Below, one piece after another: positions 37,332 through 51,157 of a stretch of DNA of 62,931 nucleotides. Every line of letters starts with the position of its first letter. Position 1 is the stretch's first letter. This stretch comes from Phoronis australis (lineage: Eukaryota > Animalia > Phoronida), in NCBI GenBank assembly GCA_002633005.1, contig NMRA01001050.1, positions 1 to 62,931 of the forward strand, in the 5' to 3' direction. The translations under genes and the position numbers were made by a program. The notes below the pieces were generated by a model. It saw only the letters and a list, made by a program, of their open reading frames with translations. It was not told the origin of the DNA and ran no database searches.

Positions 37332-40300
37332 CCTCATCCAAAGTGTTGGTGTCCGTTTCAGTTTTTTTGAAATAGTCCACCAATTGAGAGGCGAGTCTTA
37401 AGTGGGCACAAAGATATGCAATTAATTTTGCATGATTTTTACATCCGTCCCTAATTGAGAAAACAATTCTAGTCATCACAGGAGCATTTTAATTAAACGG
37501 GGTTTAGTGATTCTTGTTATTTCAATTTATTTAGAGACACTTACTGTTTTGAGTCATCCTCGACAAATTTTCAAATTAAATAAGTGCCCCTGGGCTCCAC
37601 TTAATTATGCATGTGTCAATCTGAAAGTAAGTCATTCTCTGTCAGCTTTGTTTGTGTGACGATTCATTTGGGGCCATCTGTTGGTTATATGTACTATTTT
37701 TCAGAATTATTATAACATTTAATACTTAATTAGTTTTTTGCCTTCCGATCAATTATTCTTGGACAATCTTTGATTGAAACAGAGCTCAATTTAGTGGCAT
37801 TCAGCCTTTGTCTGATCTGCAGTGAATGGGCTAATGGCTGGAACAGGCAACCTTTAAAAAAACATGAATCCGATATCACGGTGAAACTGTGCTGGTTGCT
37901 GGCTTTGAACACCACATGTTCACATGCACAGGTGCCCTATATCTTGCAGCCTAACATTTGCTGGAGCTCAATAGCCTATTGCAATGCTTCCCATTTCGAA
38001 AAAGCACTCCTAGCAGATGGTGACAGAGCAGAGAAGACATACTTTTTCAGAACATGTTAGTTTGCAGGTATCTTTACAATCTTTGTGTACAGGGCACTGT
38101 CATTTATTTGGTTCTCTGACTGTAAGAACTGTTTGCCGCACACACACACACTAGTTTTGCACTGCCATAGCATCGTATGAACAGGCAATGATGCATTGCT
38201 GTAGGGAACTATGCAAATCTGACAGATCTTGTCAGGCAGTGGAAATTGGTGAAATCATTCCTGTATTCTTCAAGAGTATGCTTGCAGCCTGGTATGCAGC
38301 AACCTCGAAACTCAAGAGACAGGCTAATAACAAACGGGTTCAACTTGTTACAGGCTGGCCTACACAATGACAATGCAGGCTGCCAATGTTGTGCTATAGT
38401 TCATGGTAGTATTATTGTTATTTTACCCAGTTCTTGATTGAGCAGTATATACTAGTTAAGTTGGCTAACAAAGTTACAGATGCAACAAGTCTATGGCAAG
38501 CAGCATAAAAACTAAACGCAGTCGTCGAATTTCCACTGCCACACAAGGCTTATTAACTTTTAACTATGTACAATATATATAGTGAAAATAAATATGATTG
38601 TGTGGGTTTTGTGTGCTGAACAACTATATTAAAAGATCTGGTGATTTCATCCAAATTGTAAAGGTGAATGAACTCTGGATGACTGTCTGCCATATAGGGT
38701 TTCACTATGACCAGCTACTGGTCAATGACATAGGAAACAAAACACAAAGGTGTCGCACATGGTTATACAACATAAATTGTTTTGCTAGGACAATTGTACG
38801 TTTTTATAAGAAATGATTAAAATAATTATACGTAATTAACTTCATGAGAATTCATGACAAATGTCAATACGAGAGTGACACATGCATAATTTTGAACCCT
38901 GAGAAATTGATTAGCTTGAAAATTTATCTAGGATTAAATTTTCAGATAGTCGTAATTTAGCCAAAAAAGCGCTAAAATGGAGCCTTCCCCTTTAATAGAA
39001 AATGGCGAAAATTCCTCATCGCACCTCACCTGAACATGCCCCAAATTTGCAGGGTCCCAGGTTTCCTACAAATAATTCTTAGCAGAAACTGTTTTGATTA
39101 TCCGTCATTATTCAAGGTTTCCAGTTAGTAAATCTTTCATTTTTTTGTGGTGGTGCGACGTGCCTGAACATATCAGTGACCCCCCAACCGTGTCTATTGA
39201 TGCAAATACACAGCATTGGGCAATACCACATTTTTTGACTAGAGAGATTTTTGAGAGATCTCATTTCATATGAGAATGTATTTACTGTAATTATTCTGTT
39301 CTTGTAAAGATAAATGAAAATCTTGATATTTTCAGGAAGTGCAAGGAACAGCAGCTGAACAACTGATGAAACTGTGGGAGAGTAAATGAGTGACAACGAT
39401 GGGTGGCGCCTCCTTTTGAGTAGACTGTTGGAGAGTAAAATTTAATGAGTGGAAACGATGGATGGCACCACCTGTTGAGTAGACTGGGATAAGAAGGCGC
39501 CACCTTTTGGCCATTGAAAGCATGTGTAAAGTACCAAAGTACAGCAGTTTCATAAAAAAGTTGATGACTTTTATCAAACTTATGTTGAAATAACAGAAAA
39601 GGCAGTCAAAATAAGACAAGTGAATGAAAGATTTGCCCTAAGTCCTTGCTTTGAATGTTTGCAGATTTTCGATGAGAAGACGAGGTTTTGTCAACTTTTT
39701 TGATGATTAGTGTGTTGTTTCATTGTGTGATATTGAAAATCAGTTTTATTAATATTTTGTGATTATTTTTATTTATTTATTTTGCTGAATGGTTTCACTG
39801 CTAAAACATTGTTTGGCAGTGCATACAGGCAGTCATGATAATTTTACTGAGGTCACTGGTACTAATTTGCATATTCAAAACAAGCGATTTAACGACTCGG
39901 GCGAAATGAACAGAAATAACGCCATTTGTTGCCACTTAGTGTTCATGCTATTGGTTTTGGACTAATGACTTTCAGCAGGAATACCAAATCGGACAAAATA
40001 TTTGACAAATTTCTTTGCTTGCACAGTTAACACTAAAATCTCACCTTTTTTGGACAAAAATTATTGACAAAATTGTTTTACTTTAATTTTCACAGGCTTT
40101 TGATTGTTCTGAATGCTCACAATTTCTCAGAATCGTCTGATGGCTCCTGCCATGTCTCGAAAGTGCTACTTATCTTTTATAAAAATGTATGTTGACGTGT
40201 CCGCCATGTCATGTGCTAAATTGTCGGGATTTTACTGTCAGTGATATTGACACCATTATCTTGTTGGTGATTATGAAATCTTTGTGTAGATTTGGTGAAA

Positions 40301-41309
40301 AACGTGAGAAATACCAAATATAGTGATGATGTGAACATAAAGTGGCTTGAAAGTGGCTAGATGTTTTAGGAGCAAGTTTTATAACCAATGTTATGTCACA
40401 AATCGCTAATTACTGTATATTGCCATGAGATCATGCTGGTGATTTACGTACGGCTTCGTCATGTCATTAGTACTGTTTGCATAACGCATAATTTTTGTTT
40501 ACATTAAAGAGCCGTTCGTTTAGCATTAGGATACGCTAAATTAGCGTTACTGATTGCTTCCTGCTCTACTTGAACGTAGTTTGGGTCATGCATAAATACT
40601 TAATTTTTCAAATTTTTGCTGCCCATCCGTCTGTCAACATTAGTTAAACTCTTTTTTACTGAAATTAACTTTGTTGGAACCGTGTTGTATTTGAAAGGCA
40701 TCAAATGATGTCATCCAGTTCCTGGATGTGCTCCAACAGGTTGTACAGATGTTCTGCTTTTTTATCAAAAAAAAAACACTTGGAACTGTTTGACATGCAT
40801 TTTTGCGAACAATTACACTACATGTGGGTCAAAATTATTTGAGCCATTGTGAGAATGAGGGATATTTGTATAACAATATTCGCAGTCGCTTGGATAGTAT
40901 TCAAATCTCTGGTGTCACTGTCCATCCAAACTTGAGCCATGAATCTCCATACTCTTGTTGTCTCTTTGTGGTACTGAGAAAGTCATACAATGTTTAGCCA
41001 TTTCTCATTTAGTGACGAGTGTGGTGCATAATACTGAAATCATTCTGTTTCATAATTTTTATTATTATTATTCATTAATGTAATATTTACAATGAGGGTA
41101 GCCCCATCAGTTCACACTGCTTTTCATGGGGGCCCTAATGAAAATTTAGTCAGTGCTACAGCAGAAACTATAAATTTTCACTTCATCTCCAATGTAGGAC
41201 ACAATATGGTGGACAAATGAATTTTAATCATTTTGTCATAAAGGATTATAGCACTTTGTAAGGTAACAACGAAACCATTCAGTTACTACAAGTTCATGGC
41301 TGCATAATG

Positions 41310-41530
41310 CTGTCAACCCTCTCAGTCTATCTGGTGTCTGCTGCTCTATATTCAGAACCCTTGGATACGTATCATGAAATTTTGCAGTTATGTTCCTTTC
41401 ATGGATGGGGCAGCATGAGCGAAACTTCAGATTGATCCAACGACCGGTGTGCCCCCCTAGGAACAATTTTAGATTTTTGCGTTTACCTTTGAATCTTCTT
41501 ACTTGACGTATTTTCTTAAAATTTGGAAAA
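41310..41530 (+). mobile_element. Degenerate HINE-like fragment
   Basis: Similar to 34630-34830 (catgaaattt, gaccggtgtgcccccctag, taccttt). Confidence 0.65.
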
Positions 41531-44478
41531 TAGGTTAACTATTAATCATATCACTGCCCTCGGTTCTACGTCATCGTTAATGAAATTATGTTGTATAACC
41601 TGCTGTTTCCCTCTTAACGAGAAAATGTCTTGTTTCGGTTGCTAATTGGCAATTGCTTTGTTACTTCATTGCTGCAATCAATGTCCAGTTATTGTTCATT
41701 CTGTCTGTCTACTATCCAAGGATTTCTGGATAAGAATTGCATTTGATAAATATCGGACGAGTAAATTTATCTGTAAACAAAGACATTGTTTCATGCGCCC
41801 GGCCCATTATGCCGTCAACTTCTTCTGTTGCTATGTCTCCAAAACCTCTTGATGAATGTTTGTAAAATTTTTCAGACTTGTTCGTTCATTCGTATCGTAT
41901 ATGAGCTGAATTTTTGGGTGGATACGATTATGGATGTGCCTCCCAGTAGCAATTTTATCTTTTACATTCGTCTCTGTATGTTTGGAGTTCTTTGGTGGAT
42001 TTGCATATTGTTTTTCAACTGTTGATTCATGTTCCTATTGCTACATTTTTGACAATCAGTTATTTTCGTGTCCATTAACCATGGCTACACATTGGCATGT
42101 ATTTTTAGGAATTGCTTTTATTGAATAATTATGTTGTTTGTGTAACAATGTTTTTGTTGAGATGTTTAGTGATGTTGGAATAGTAAAATTTAAAAACATT
42201 ATAATTGTTTTAAAACACACCACACACTTTACAAGGAGTAAATTTCACTCATTTTACATGTATATGAAAACATCAAACGTGGATGACTATACAGGGTGCC
42301 CCAAAAATATGTACCTGCACTAGTAACTATTGCGCTTTGGCTAAGACCAAGATTTAATACCAGGTTTAAGTTCAAAAAGTAAAAATTTTTAAACCAAACA
42401 AAAGTATTGTTTAGAAACATGGGAATATAAATTGTCATATCACTCCCTTGTGTTTTTGAGTGTCTAGAGGTATTGCACAACAGATTTTCATTTTAAAAAC
42501 TGAGTTCAAAGTTTGCTATTCCTTTGCACAGAACTCAGATATAACAATACAGTAGGGCCAGGCACAGAGTCTGGTCCTGAATGGAGCTGAATTTGAAGTC
42601 CTGACATACAAAGTGTGAGTACGTAATGAACATTGATCTCTAGGGTTTCTATAAATTCTGTTAGAAGCTGCATTGTGAAATTTTACAAAGATGAGGCTGC
42701 CCTTAAAGTTTTGTTTCGCTCGTCTAACCCTCACTGCTGTGATGGGTAGGACAGTGGATAAAATGTTTTGTTTTGTCCACTTCTGTCACTGTTGAGGCAC
42801 ATTTTTTTTTGTTGCAATGAAAATGTTGTCTTTACAATTGAAAAAAATCTTTCAGTTATAAAAATATTTTGAAATGCATACAAATTTTCCTAGAACTGGT
42901 TTCTTGGCAATACAAATGGCACCATGACATGAATCAAACGGGACGAATCCACCAAAGAGTCATGTTAGCTGTTATATACGAAGCAAGAAATTCAATCTCC
43001 AAATTGACAATGAGGAAGTTAGATGAAAAGTACATACGACCCTATCCATATATCTGTACCAATTATCTACAAAATTAGATTTTAACTCAGTAAAATTATA
43101 TTTTCTAAAATTAGTCTATGGCCGTAGAGTTTGATTCTTGACTTTACCAATCTATCACTAATTGAGTCATGTGACCATGTCTTTCAAATAAAAATTAGCA
43201 AAAAAGAAGCACATTGACGGCAAAACGATGGAATTTTGATATTAAAATAACTTGACCAAATTTGATTTGATAAATGCTGAATATGAAACCTCAATACCGC
43301 TGTTACACTTCCCGAAGTTATTTCATTCTAAATTTTATACAACTATCAAAGTCCGGTAACTCCTCATGCAAAAGTGGGAATTTTTGAAAACAATTTATCA
43401 ACAATAATAAGATTTTAGAGAACAGTGCATTACTATATTAACATAGTACCTCGTGTGAATCCAGTCGGCCATTTCTGTGACATGCAACATTTTCAAGTTA
43501 TCCAAATTTGGCTATGTTTCTAGCCAGGCCCTATACATAACCTAAAACTGCACAAATGCAAAGCCAGTTGACAACAAGACAAGCACAAGTTCTTATCTGA
43601 ATACAAATCACTCTTGACAAAACCTTCCTGTCCACACACCCTGAAACAGTTATTTCAGTGCCATTAAGTGCAATCCTTTCCCATTATACCAAAAGTACTA
43701 CAACTCCATTCCCACAGGAGAATACCGATTTGGATAGTTTCACTAAGAGTTTTACTTTTAGAGGAAAGTGTTACCACATTTGCACACATGCTTTTACATA
43801 ATAATCAAAACTCCACTCGCTTACATCATTCTGTCAACAGCCAAAACAGTGGTCAGAAGAGTGGAGTTCGGAGGCCAAACCATTGACCTACACCCAGTGT
43901 CTCATTTTTTCGTGAAAAAGAAATCAATGGACATAAAAGCCGACTGAAAAACCTAGACATACTGCGGGTTTTCTCCAGAGGACAAAAGATCTGCTTTGAT
44001 TTACAAAATTTCTGTCTGAATCATGTTGTTATGCCCAGTTCTATAATAAACAAAGTAAACGTCTGGGTGTCAAGTTTCCCCAGACAGTAGTTTACAACAA
44101 GAACGCATTGTGCTGGTTTTGTGACTTTCACTCTTCAAATTATTACTCCTCTCATAGTTGGTCCATTTTTTATTCAAAGTTGCAGCAACATTTTCCTTTA
44201 GACAAAAGCAAATTAAAGCAAACTTGTCATATCTAAAAATTAACAGTGGACAGTCATAACCAAACTGGATATCTGAAACACATTTATTGTTTTCTGCAGA
44301 GAAATCGGGCTTAAAACCTGAAAAGTTCACGACAGCCAAGGCTGATTGTACCTGACTGTAGTTTGCAAAAACTCAAGACAGTCATTTCAGGAGAAAATTT
44401 GGTGTTCTAATGTGTGGAACCGGCTGCAAAAATCTTAATGAAGAAAAAGATGAAAATGATAATTGGGCACTAGTTGTC

Positions 44479-47400
44479 CTAAAGTTTTGGCTTCGGTAGG
44501 TCCTTAAGTTTCGACTTTGGTAGATCAGTAACTGGTTTTTTATGTCCACAGTTGGAGTCAACATTACACAGCAAGAGCCTTGAAGAACCTTTTAAAATGA
44601 AACAGTTGCGAGTTCCTGACTTGCACAAGACTTCACGAACATCTCCATCGAGTGTTATAAAGCCATCAATACCCATTAAATCAGGACATTTTGGGTATAA
44701 ATCGTCACCTGAAAATGAAAATTCGGTCTTGTTAGTTTTGTTTGTGATGCCGTTTTCAGACTAACATTCACATGACACCTGACTAGAGGACAGATATGGT
44801 GTCCTCACCAAACTTTTGTCACACACTGTGAACAATTACAGGACACCAGACCTATCACATGTCAATCTGTCTTCAAATCTGTCTTTAAAATTCAACATTC
44901 CAAGGACAGTAGTAGGCTTTGGTCAGTGTAATCTTATATAATCGATTATTCCAGTATACAGTAATGTACATCTGCCAACCTTTCAAAAGGACAAGCAGTC
45001 ATAGGACAGCAGCTAAGACTCCATTATCAGTGCATACCTTTAGGTTATGTAGGACTTTGTTGACAAGTCAGTAAATTTACCAATGAAAATATCTAGAAAA
45101 CTGTAGATTTTAAATCAGACTAAGTAAACAAACACATTTTCTATACATAGAAAGCCTGTAGAATTTGATTTCTGACTTCCTAACAAATCTGTTATTAATT
45201 GACCATGTCTTTTAAGTAAAATTTTTCAAAAAAGAAAGGTATATTGATAGAAAAACAACAATAACATGATCAAATATAATTTGACATAATCGTAATGCCA
45301 TTAAAGTTCTTTAAATTATCATTTTGTTTTACCCGACTTTGAAGAACTGATTTTTCATGAAAATCATTAGTCCTATTTTTGATAGCACCTCATGCAAAAG
45401 TGGAAAATTAAAAAAGCGTTTTTGCGAACAGTGCATAAAGCCTAGTAGCTGAAAGTTTCATATGAATCCGATAAGCCAATTCTGAGATATGATGTTGCCA
45501 AGTCAGCCAAATTTGGCGGTTTTTATAGGGTCCTCCATAGATACGTAACCTTACTTATGTTCTTTCTGCTTTTTTCAGTTATAAACTTTGAACTAAATGA
45601 TACTCATAACCAAAACATTTGAAAACAGCCACAAACGAATAATACAGAATTGGTTAGACGCTCGACACTTTTCATTGTTCACAGTCTTTATTCGGTTACG
45701 TTCATACCTTCGGAACAAAACTCTACTCTCAACTGAACATAGATACAGTAACTGTCAGTGACCAAGCGACATAATTAAAAGACACACGATACCCCCCTTC
45801 ATTAGTCATTCTTTGCAGTATTTCACACCCGCCGTGTCCCACTGCGTGTCACCAGCTTATACTCTGTGGTGGCATTACTCCGTCATTTTATCTTCACTTG
45901 AGAATGAAACAAGTATGTTTCGAAATATCGGGTGTCTTTTAATTATGTCGCTAGGTCAGTTACTTAATCTATATTCAGTTGAAAGTAGAGTTTTGTTCCA
46001 AATGTATGAACGTAACGGAATAAAAACTGTGAACAATGAAAAATGTTGTGCGTTTAATCAATTCTGTATTACCGAAAACTTGCTCCCGAAGTACAGCCAG
46101 TTCAAAAACGAATAATACAGAATATCTGGTGGTGCACCAACAAAATGGCCACCACAGTTGAACAGGACTTTCTTGAAAATAAGGTTTCCCTACCAGGCAT
46201 CACAACAATTATTCCATCCCGGCACTTGAGGTGTACTGGTAGCCAGCGCTGCACACCCAGAAATGATCGGGAGTCAGCAAACTCCTCCAAGTCTCTTAGA
46301 TTATGAAATCTCCTCAATCTCGAAAGCTCATAAATCTGTGGTGGTGCGATGATTAGCTGGTTAGACATGTGGCAGCACAAGATCTCTTCAGGTGTCCACC
46401 ACTAGAAAAGTAACCCCGCAAATGTGCGTAATCAAAAGTTGAAAAAAAATAGAAAACCTGTCAAAGTTGAAAGTTAATAAAATAGGGTATAAATTTGCAA
46501 ATTGATTCTCAGGCACAATAAAACAATCACTGGCTCTGAAGCATTTATGCAGCTGTTGGTAAGGTGAGAAAAGAGGCAATTATACAGACAAGCATGTGAA
46601 AATGTCATACTAGTAAGTCACCTGACAGGGAGTCAGATACAGGATCAGGTTTTAATTAGCTAATGCACTTAATACCCCATTTTATTTTCGATTTACCACT
46701 CCAGTCTTGACCAGAGAATGAACTATAAATTTTATAAAAACATCCTGCTTAAAAGGATACTAAACCCTGTTTTGATGATTTCAACCAATCCTCTGTCAGC
46801 TGCTAATGCACCATTGGCATCAATTGTTAAAGGTAAAGCAGGAATCAACTAAAAATGAATCCTCCCTATCTCACAAATTAGATATTACAGTCCTTGGTAG
46901 GTGGTCTTTTTCCACACTTGCCGTGTAATTCACCAAAAGCGTAGGTCACGCTTGCCCAGTTAGCAGACTTTGAAAGGAGTTTCAAATTTCACTCCAATCT
47001 TTTGAGGGTTGTCGAGGGTTACAGAACATTATTTTGGTTCCATCTAACTGGATGGGAAAGTCATTTTTGATCTGTTAATTGGAACAAACTGTTGGTATTC
47101 TTTTAAGCAAAGGTGCCTAAGCAAGGGATGCATTTCTGTGCTTGCATGTGAAGATTACAAGAGGGCGCTAGTGTCTCTGGATGTGAAATACTTTTTTACC
47201 ACCTACTAAGTACGTACTGAGTGAAGATTATACATGTGAAGATTACAAGAGGTCGCAAGTGTCTCTGGATGTGAAATACTTTTTACCACCTACTAAGTAC
47301 ATACTGAGTGAAGATTACATGTGAAGATTACAAGAGGGCACAAGTGTCTCTGGATGTGAAATACTTTTTACCACCTACTAAGTACGTACTGAGTGAAGAT

Positions 47401-50400
47401 TACACGTGAAGATTACAAGAGGGCGCTAGTGTCTCTGGATGTGAAATACTTTTTACCCCCTACTACGTACGTACTGAGTAATAACTTTAGTGAGCAGACA
47501 TGTTCACACCTCTGGCTAAACCCTCCTCACAGGGGTTTATGACCATATTACACTTACTATATATAGCTTTTAAAACTGGTTGTTTTGAAGTGTTCAGACC
47601 GACAATTAAACCTAAAAGTTAGGACCGCTTTGGTGCGAACAGGGTATAAAGGAAGGTGCTACATAAAATAATTACTTTATGGACATAATAATCAATATGT
47701 CTTAATTTGTAATTGCCTTTTCATAATTTACTAGGAGCTTAACTCATCCTTTTTAGAACACACCCCGCCGAGTGCTGTGAGGGCACAGACCTTACAGGTC
47801 ATTCACACCAATGGGAAGCAATTTATCAATCTGCAATTAACTGAGTGACTAACCACGTGCATTTCTAGGACAAATTTAGGGAAAAAGAAAGTTTTGAAAA
47901 TTTATAGGAAAACAACAGTATCAAGAACATGAGTGAATTCTATTTGATGTAAATGTTCAAAGTGTTACACTGCAGTAAAAGATGATCACAAGAGACGTGG
48001 TAGGCTGGTTGCAGACGTTTTGAGCTGGTCCGCCAGGTTTTTGTCAATGAATGAGGGATTTCCCGCCGTTCGCTGGTTAGGAATGTTTGAATACATGGGA
48101 GGTAAGTGGAGGCATTGGTCCCAGTTCAAGAGGGGGCGCTGAATGCTGATGTTTATTGACTGTTTTAGCTTGCGAGCATACCAGTTGTTTTCTTTGGCTA
48201 GGATCCTGGATGTCACAAGAGAGATAGAATGCCCAATCGCCAATATATATGTGTTCCCCCACAGCTTTTGGTCTGTCTTGTTTCTGATGTTCTTTGAATC
48301 TGGTGAGGAATGGTCTCTTGGTTTCTCCAATGTAGGTGTGGTTTAGCCATCAGGTTTGGGTCTTTGGGTCTGGTAGTAGGGAATGGATGGTGTTGATAGG
48401 TTTCATGTATGAAGAAATTCTGTGGGTTCTGTAAGTGTGTTGTAGGCATTCAGACACTCTTCTTATGTATGGGATGGCAACGGAGGGACCATCGGGTTTT
48501 TTAGTAGATTTACGACTGGAGGGGGGGGGGGTCTGTAAACATCTATTCCTGATATCCATTAGATCGCAAAGCATCTTCCAACATGCTCAACCTCTTCGAC
48601 ATAGTCTCGGTAGTCAGTGATGTAACGATCAGCTCTATCCAGGAGGGTACTTGATGGTCCCTCCGTTGCCATCCCATACATAAGAGGAGTGTCTGAATGC
48701 CTACAACACACTTACAGAACCCACGGAATTTCTTCATACATGAAACCTATCAACAGCCTCCGTTCCCTGCTTCTCAGACCCAAAGACCCAATCCTGATGG
48801 CTAAACAATGTGGGGTCATATACCAGCTGAAATGTGACCACGATCCCAACCACGCCTACATTGGATAAACCATGAGACCGTTCCTCACCAGATTCAAAGA
48901 ACATCAGAAACTAGACAGACCAACAGCTGTGGGGGAACACATATTGGCGACTGGGCATTCCATCTCTCTTGCGACATCCAGGATCCTAGCCAAAGAACAG
49001 AATTGGTATGCTCGCAAGCTAAAAGAGTCAATAAACATCAACATTCAGCGCCCCCTCTTGAACCGGGACCGAGGCCTCCACTCATACCGCCCCTGTATTC
49101 AAACATTCTTAACCAGCGAAAGGCGGGAAATCCCTCATTCATTGACAAAGACCTGGCCGACCAGGTCAAAACGTGTGCAACCAACCTACCACGTCTCTAA
49201 GTAAGTGACCATTTTATATACTACAATGCCTCTAGAGACCAATGGCGAACCTATTCTCCAGAACATGTAACAGTTTTCTAGAGCATTCCATTTTCTGCAA
49301 ATTTCTATTTTTTCATAAAGTCCCAAATCAACAAATCGAGGCTTTTTTGGTGCTTTTTGGCCCTTTACTCTTGCAAATAAATTAGATTCACTCCTGTTAC
49401 CAAGGTAACAGACCACAATGTAAAATTGTTCATTGCAGTCACGTTTTCTTATAGCCAGTCACAACTTTTTTGATCAGGTGACTTAAATTTGCATATTTAG
49501 GGCACAACATGAAGGAGATTTTGTAGTATATTATATTCATGGCGTGGTATATTTCAAATGAATTATTGTTAATATGTGCTTCTGACGCATCATGTGACCC
49601 TATGTTAGCCACTTGCTAAATGGATAATGGTTAGCACACTTGCCAGTTTTATCAGGGTCATTGGTTCGATTCCTGTGTCGGGTAATCTCGGCTATTACTA
49701 ATACCACACTTGGCGAAGTTGGCAAATGGATGATATACCGAAGGAACCACTGCCAACTCAGGGCCCTTTGGAGCATGGACATGGCGCCATTGGCGTGAAT
49801 CCAGAACATATCAGAGAATTGCTGTGGGCAAATTCCAGGACACGGGGAAGTGTTGCTGAGGGTTAACTTCAGAATGGTAGAGTGTTGCTGAGATCTGCAG
49901 CCAGGAGGCACCTCTGTTCCGTAAAAAAGGGGGAAAGTTGTAGACTTGCTTCCCGTGAGCCTCTGTTAGTTAGCCACTTGCTAACAAGCAACTGCTTATA
50001 TTAGCTGAATGTTTAGCAAGCTTGCCCGTTTTATTGTAGTCATTGGTTCAATTCCCAGATCGGATAATCTCGACTATTTCAACAGAAGGAAATGAGCTCC
50101 AATTTTTATAAATACACTTACTTTCGCAGACATCATTTCACGGGAACAGTGAGAAACATCTGGCACATGGTCGAGTGAACAGAAATAAAACATTGTGTCG
50201 TATCTTCTCTCTCCATGGTCAGTGAGATTTGTTGGAGTCAACCAATTACTCCATTCTTTCAGAGCCCAAATGTCAGGCACTACATTCAACTGGTTGCACA
50301 ACTCAATAAACTCAGTTGCATCAGAATCTACTTTAGCTCTCCATTCATCAATTTCTTCACTAAGTAAGGGCGCTTTCAACTTTGTGCGCAGAGACGATAA

Positions 50401-50883
50401 ACTTCCATGAACAGACTTGGCATCACGCACTAAAAGAATACCGCACTCCTCAAAAGTCTCCCTTATGGCACAAATTCGAAAAGCTACTTCACTCAAGATG
50501 GAATCCTCATTTAAAGTTTTCTTAAACAAAGGGGGAGTAAAAGGCGTTGTGTGCAGACCAAAATCGTGGGGACTACTTAAATTGTTCCCAAACCCCGCCT
50601 TTTTAAAAACATCCCTCCATTTGGGTGAAAAATCTGAGTCCTCTATAATGCCGCCAGGAAAAACATTTCGTCTTGGCATGAATTTGGTCTTGGAACTTCT
50701 TTCCAATAAAAGAACTTCGTAATCGAAGTTTGTATCGTCGATATGCTCACATGGTTGGCGATGTTCTCTTCTCGTTGCTAAAATAATTGTGGCCGAGTTT
50801 CTCCAGAGTTCCTTGTTACTTGTGTTCACTACACGTGTGCCAAGCTGCACAAGCCTGGAAATGCTCGACAAGCTAGCTGTCAT
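44479..50883 (-). CDS. NUDT19: Acyl-CoA diphosphatase, Nudix hydrolase 19-like; complete, 3 exons, 399 aa
   Basis: Exons 50883-50122, 46401-46194 and 44708-44479 (TAG), total 1200 nt. Motifs WRNSATIILA, YEVLLLERS, interrupted Nudix box FPGG...AFRICAIRETFEECG, WSNWLTP, RRYDTMFY, APPQIYELSRL, PGDDLYP, and a PTS1-like C-terminus (PKL). These are typical of NUDT19. Confidence 0.92.
45641..46070. repeat. ~145-bp inverted repeat pair with a Penelope-like 3' motif in the spacer (NUDT19 intron 2)
   Basis: Arms 45641-45790 and 45928-46070 are reverse complements. The spacer contains cttgagaatgaaacaagtatgtttcgaaatatc. Confidence 0.7.
46749..47106 (+). mobile_element. Non-autonomous DNA transposon with TTAA ends (Kolobok-like)
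   Basis: ttaa-aaggatactaaac ... gttggtattctt-ttaa (TIR plus TTAA). Homologous copies at 4489-4805 (inverted) and 56214-56660. Confidence 0.7.
47145..47479. repeat. ~85-bp tandem repeat (4 copies)
   Basis: catgtgaagattacaagagggcgctagtgtctctggatgtg...gtactgagtgaagatta at 47145, 47233, 47318 and 47403. Confidence 0.93.
47990..49198. mobile_element. Penelope-like retroelement relic: two 5'-truncated GIY-YIG copies in inverted (divergent) orientation within NUDT19 intron 1
   Basis: Plus copy 48653-49198 reads VAIPYIRGVSE...RPKDP...CGVIYQLKC...YIG*TMRPFLTRFKEH...AVGEHILATGH...RKLKESINI...LNRDRG. Minus copy 47990-48640 is its reverse complement plus an upstream ...EDALRSNGY segment. Confidence 0.9.
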
Positions 50884-51157
50884 TCTTACGAAAGGAAACC
50901 AAACCTTAGTGTCCTGAACTCCAAATCATGACCTATATACGGGTATTTTACGCTACTCGTGAACCAGCGCCACCTATGCTGGCCCTCTGATCAACCCTTT
51001 TACATGTAAGCCTGCAGTGATGCGGGACCGAGTTGGAATTTGTGTCTGAACCTGACAGCGTCCACTAACATCCATAATACGATGGCAGGGCGGAGCCTAA
51101 TAACGGGTGTAGGTACAGAAACAAAATAGTGGAAACCACTCATTTCACCCCCATCAT

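Noticed and set aside
37083-44339. Many short ORFs between the YTHDC2 and NUDT19 3' ends
   Set aside because: No recognisable domains or exon chain; AT-rich UTR/intergenic DNA with decayed repeats.
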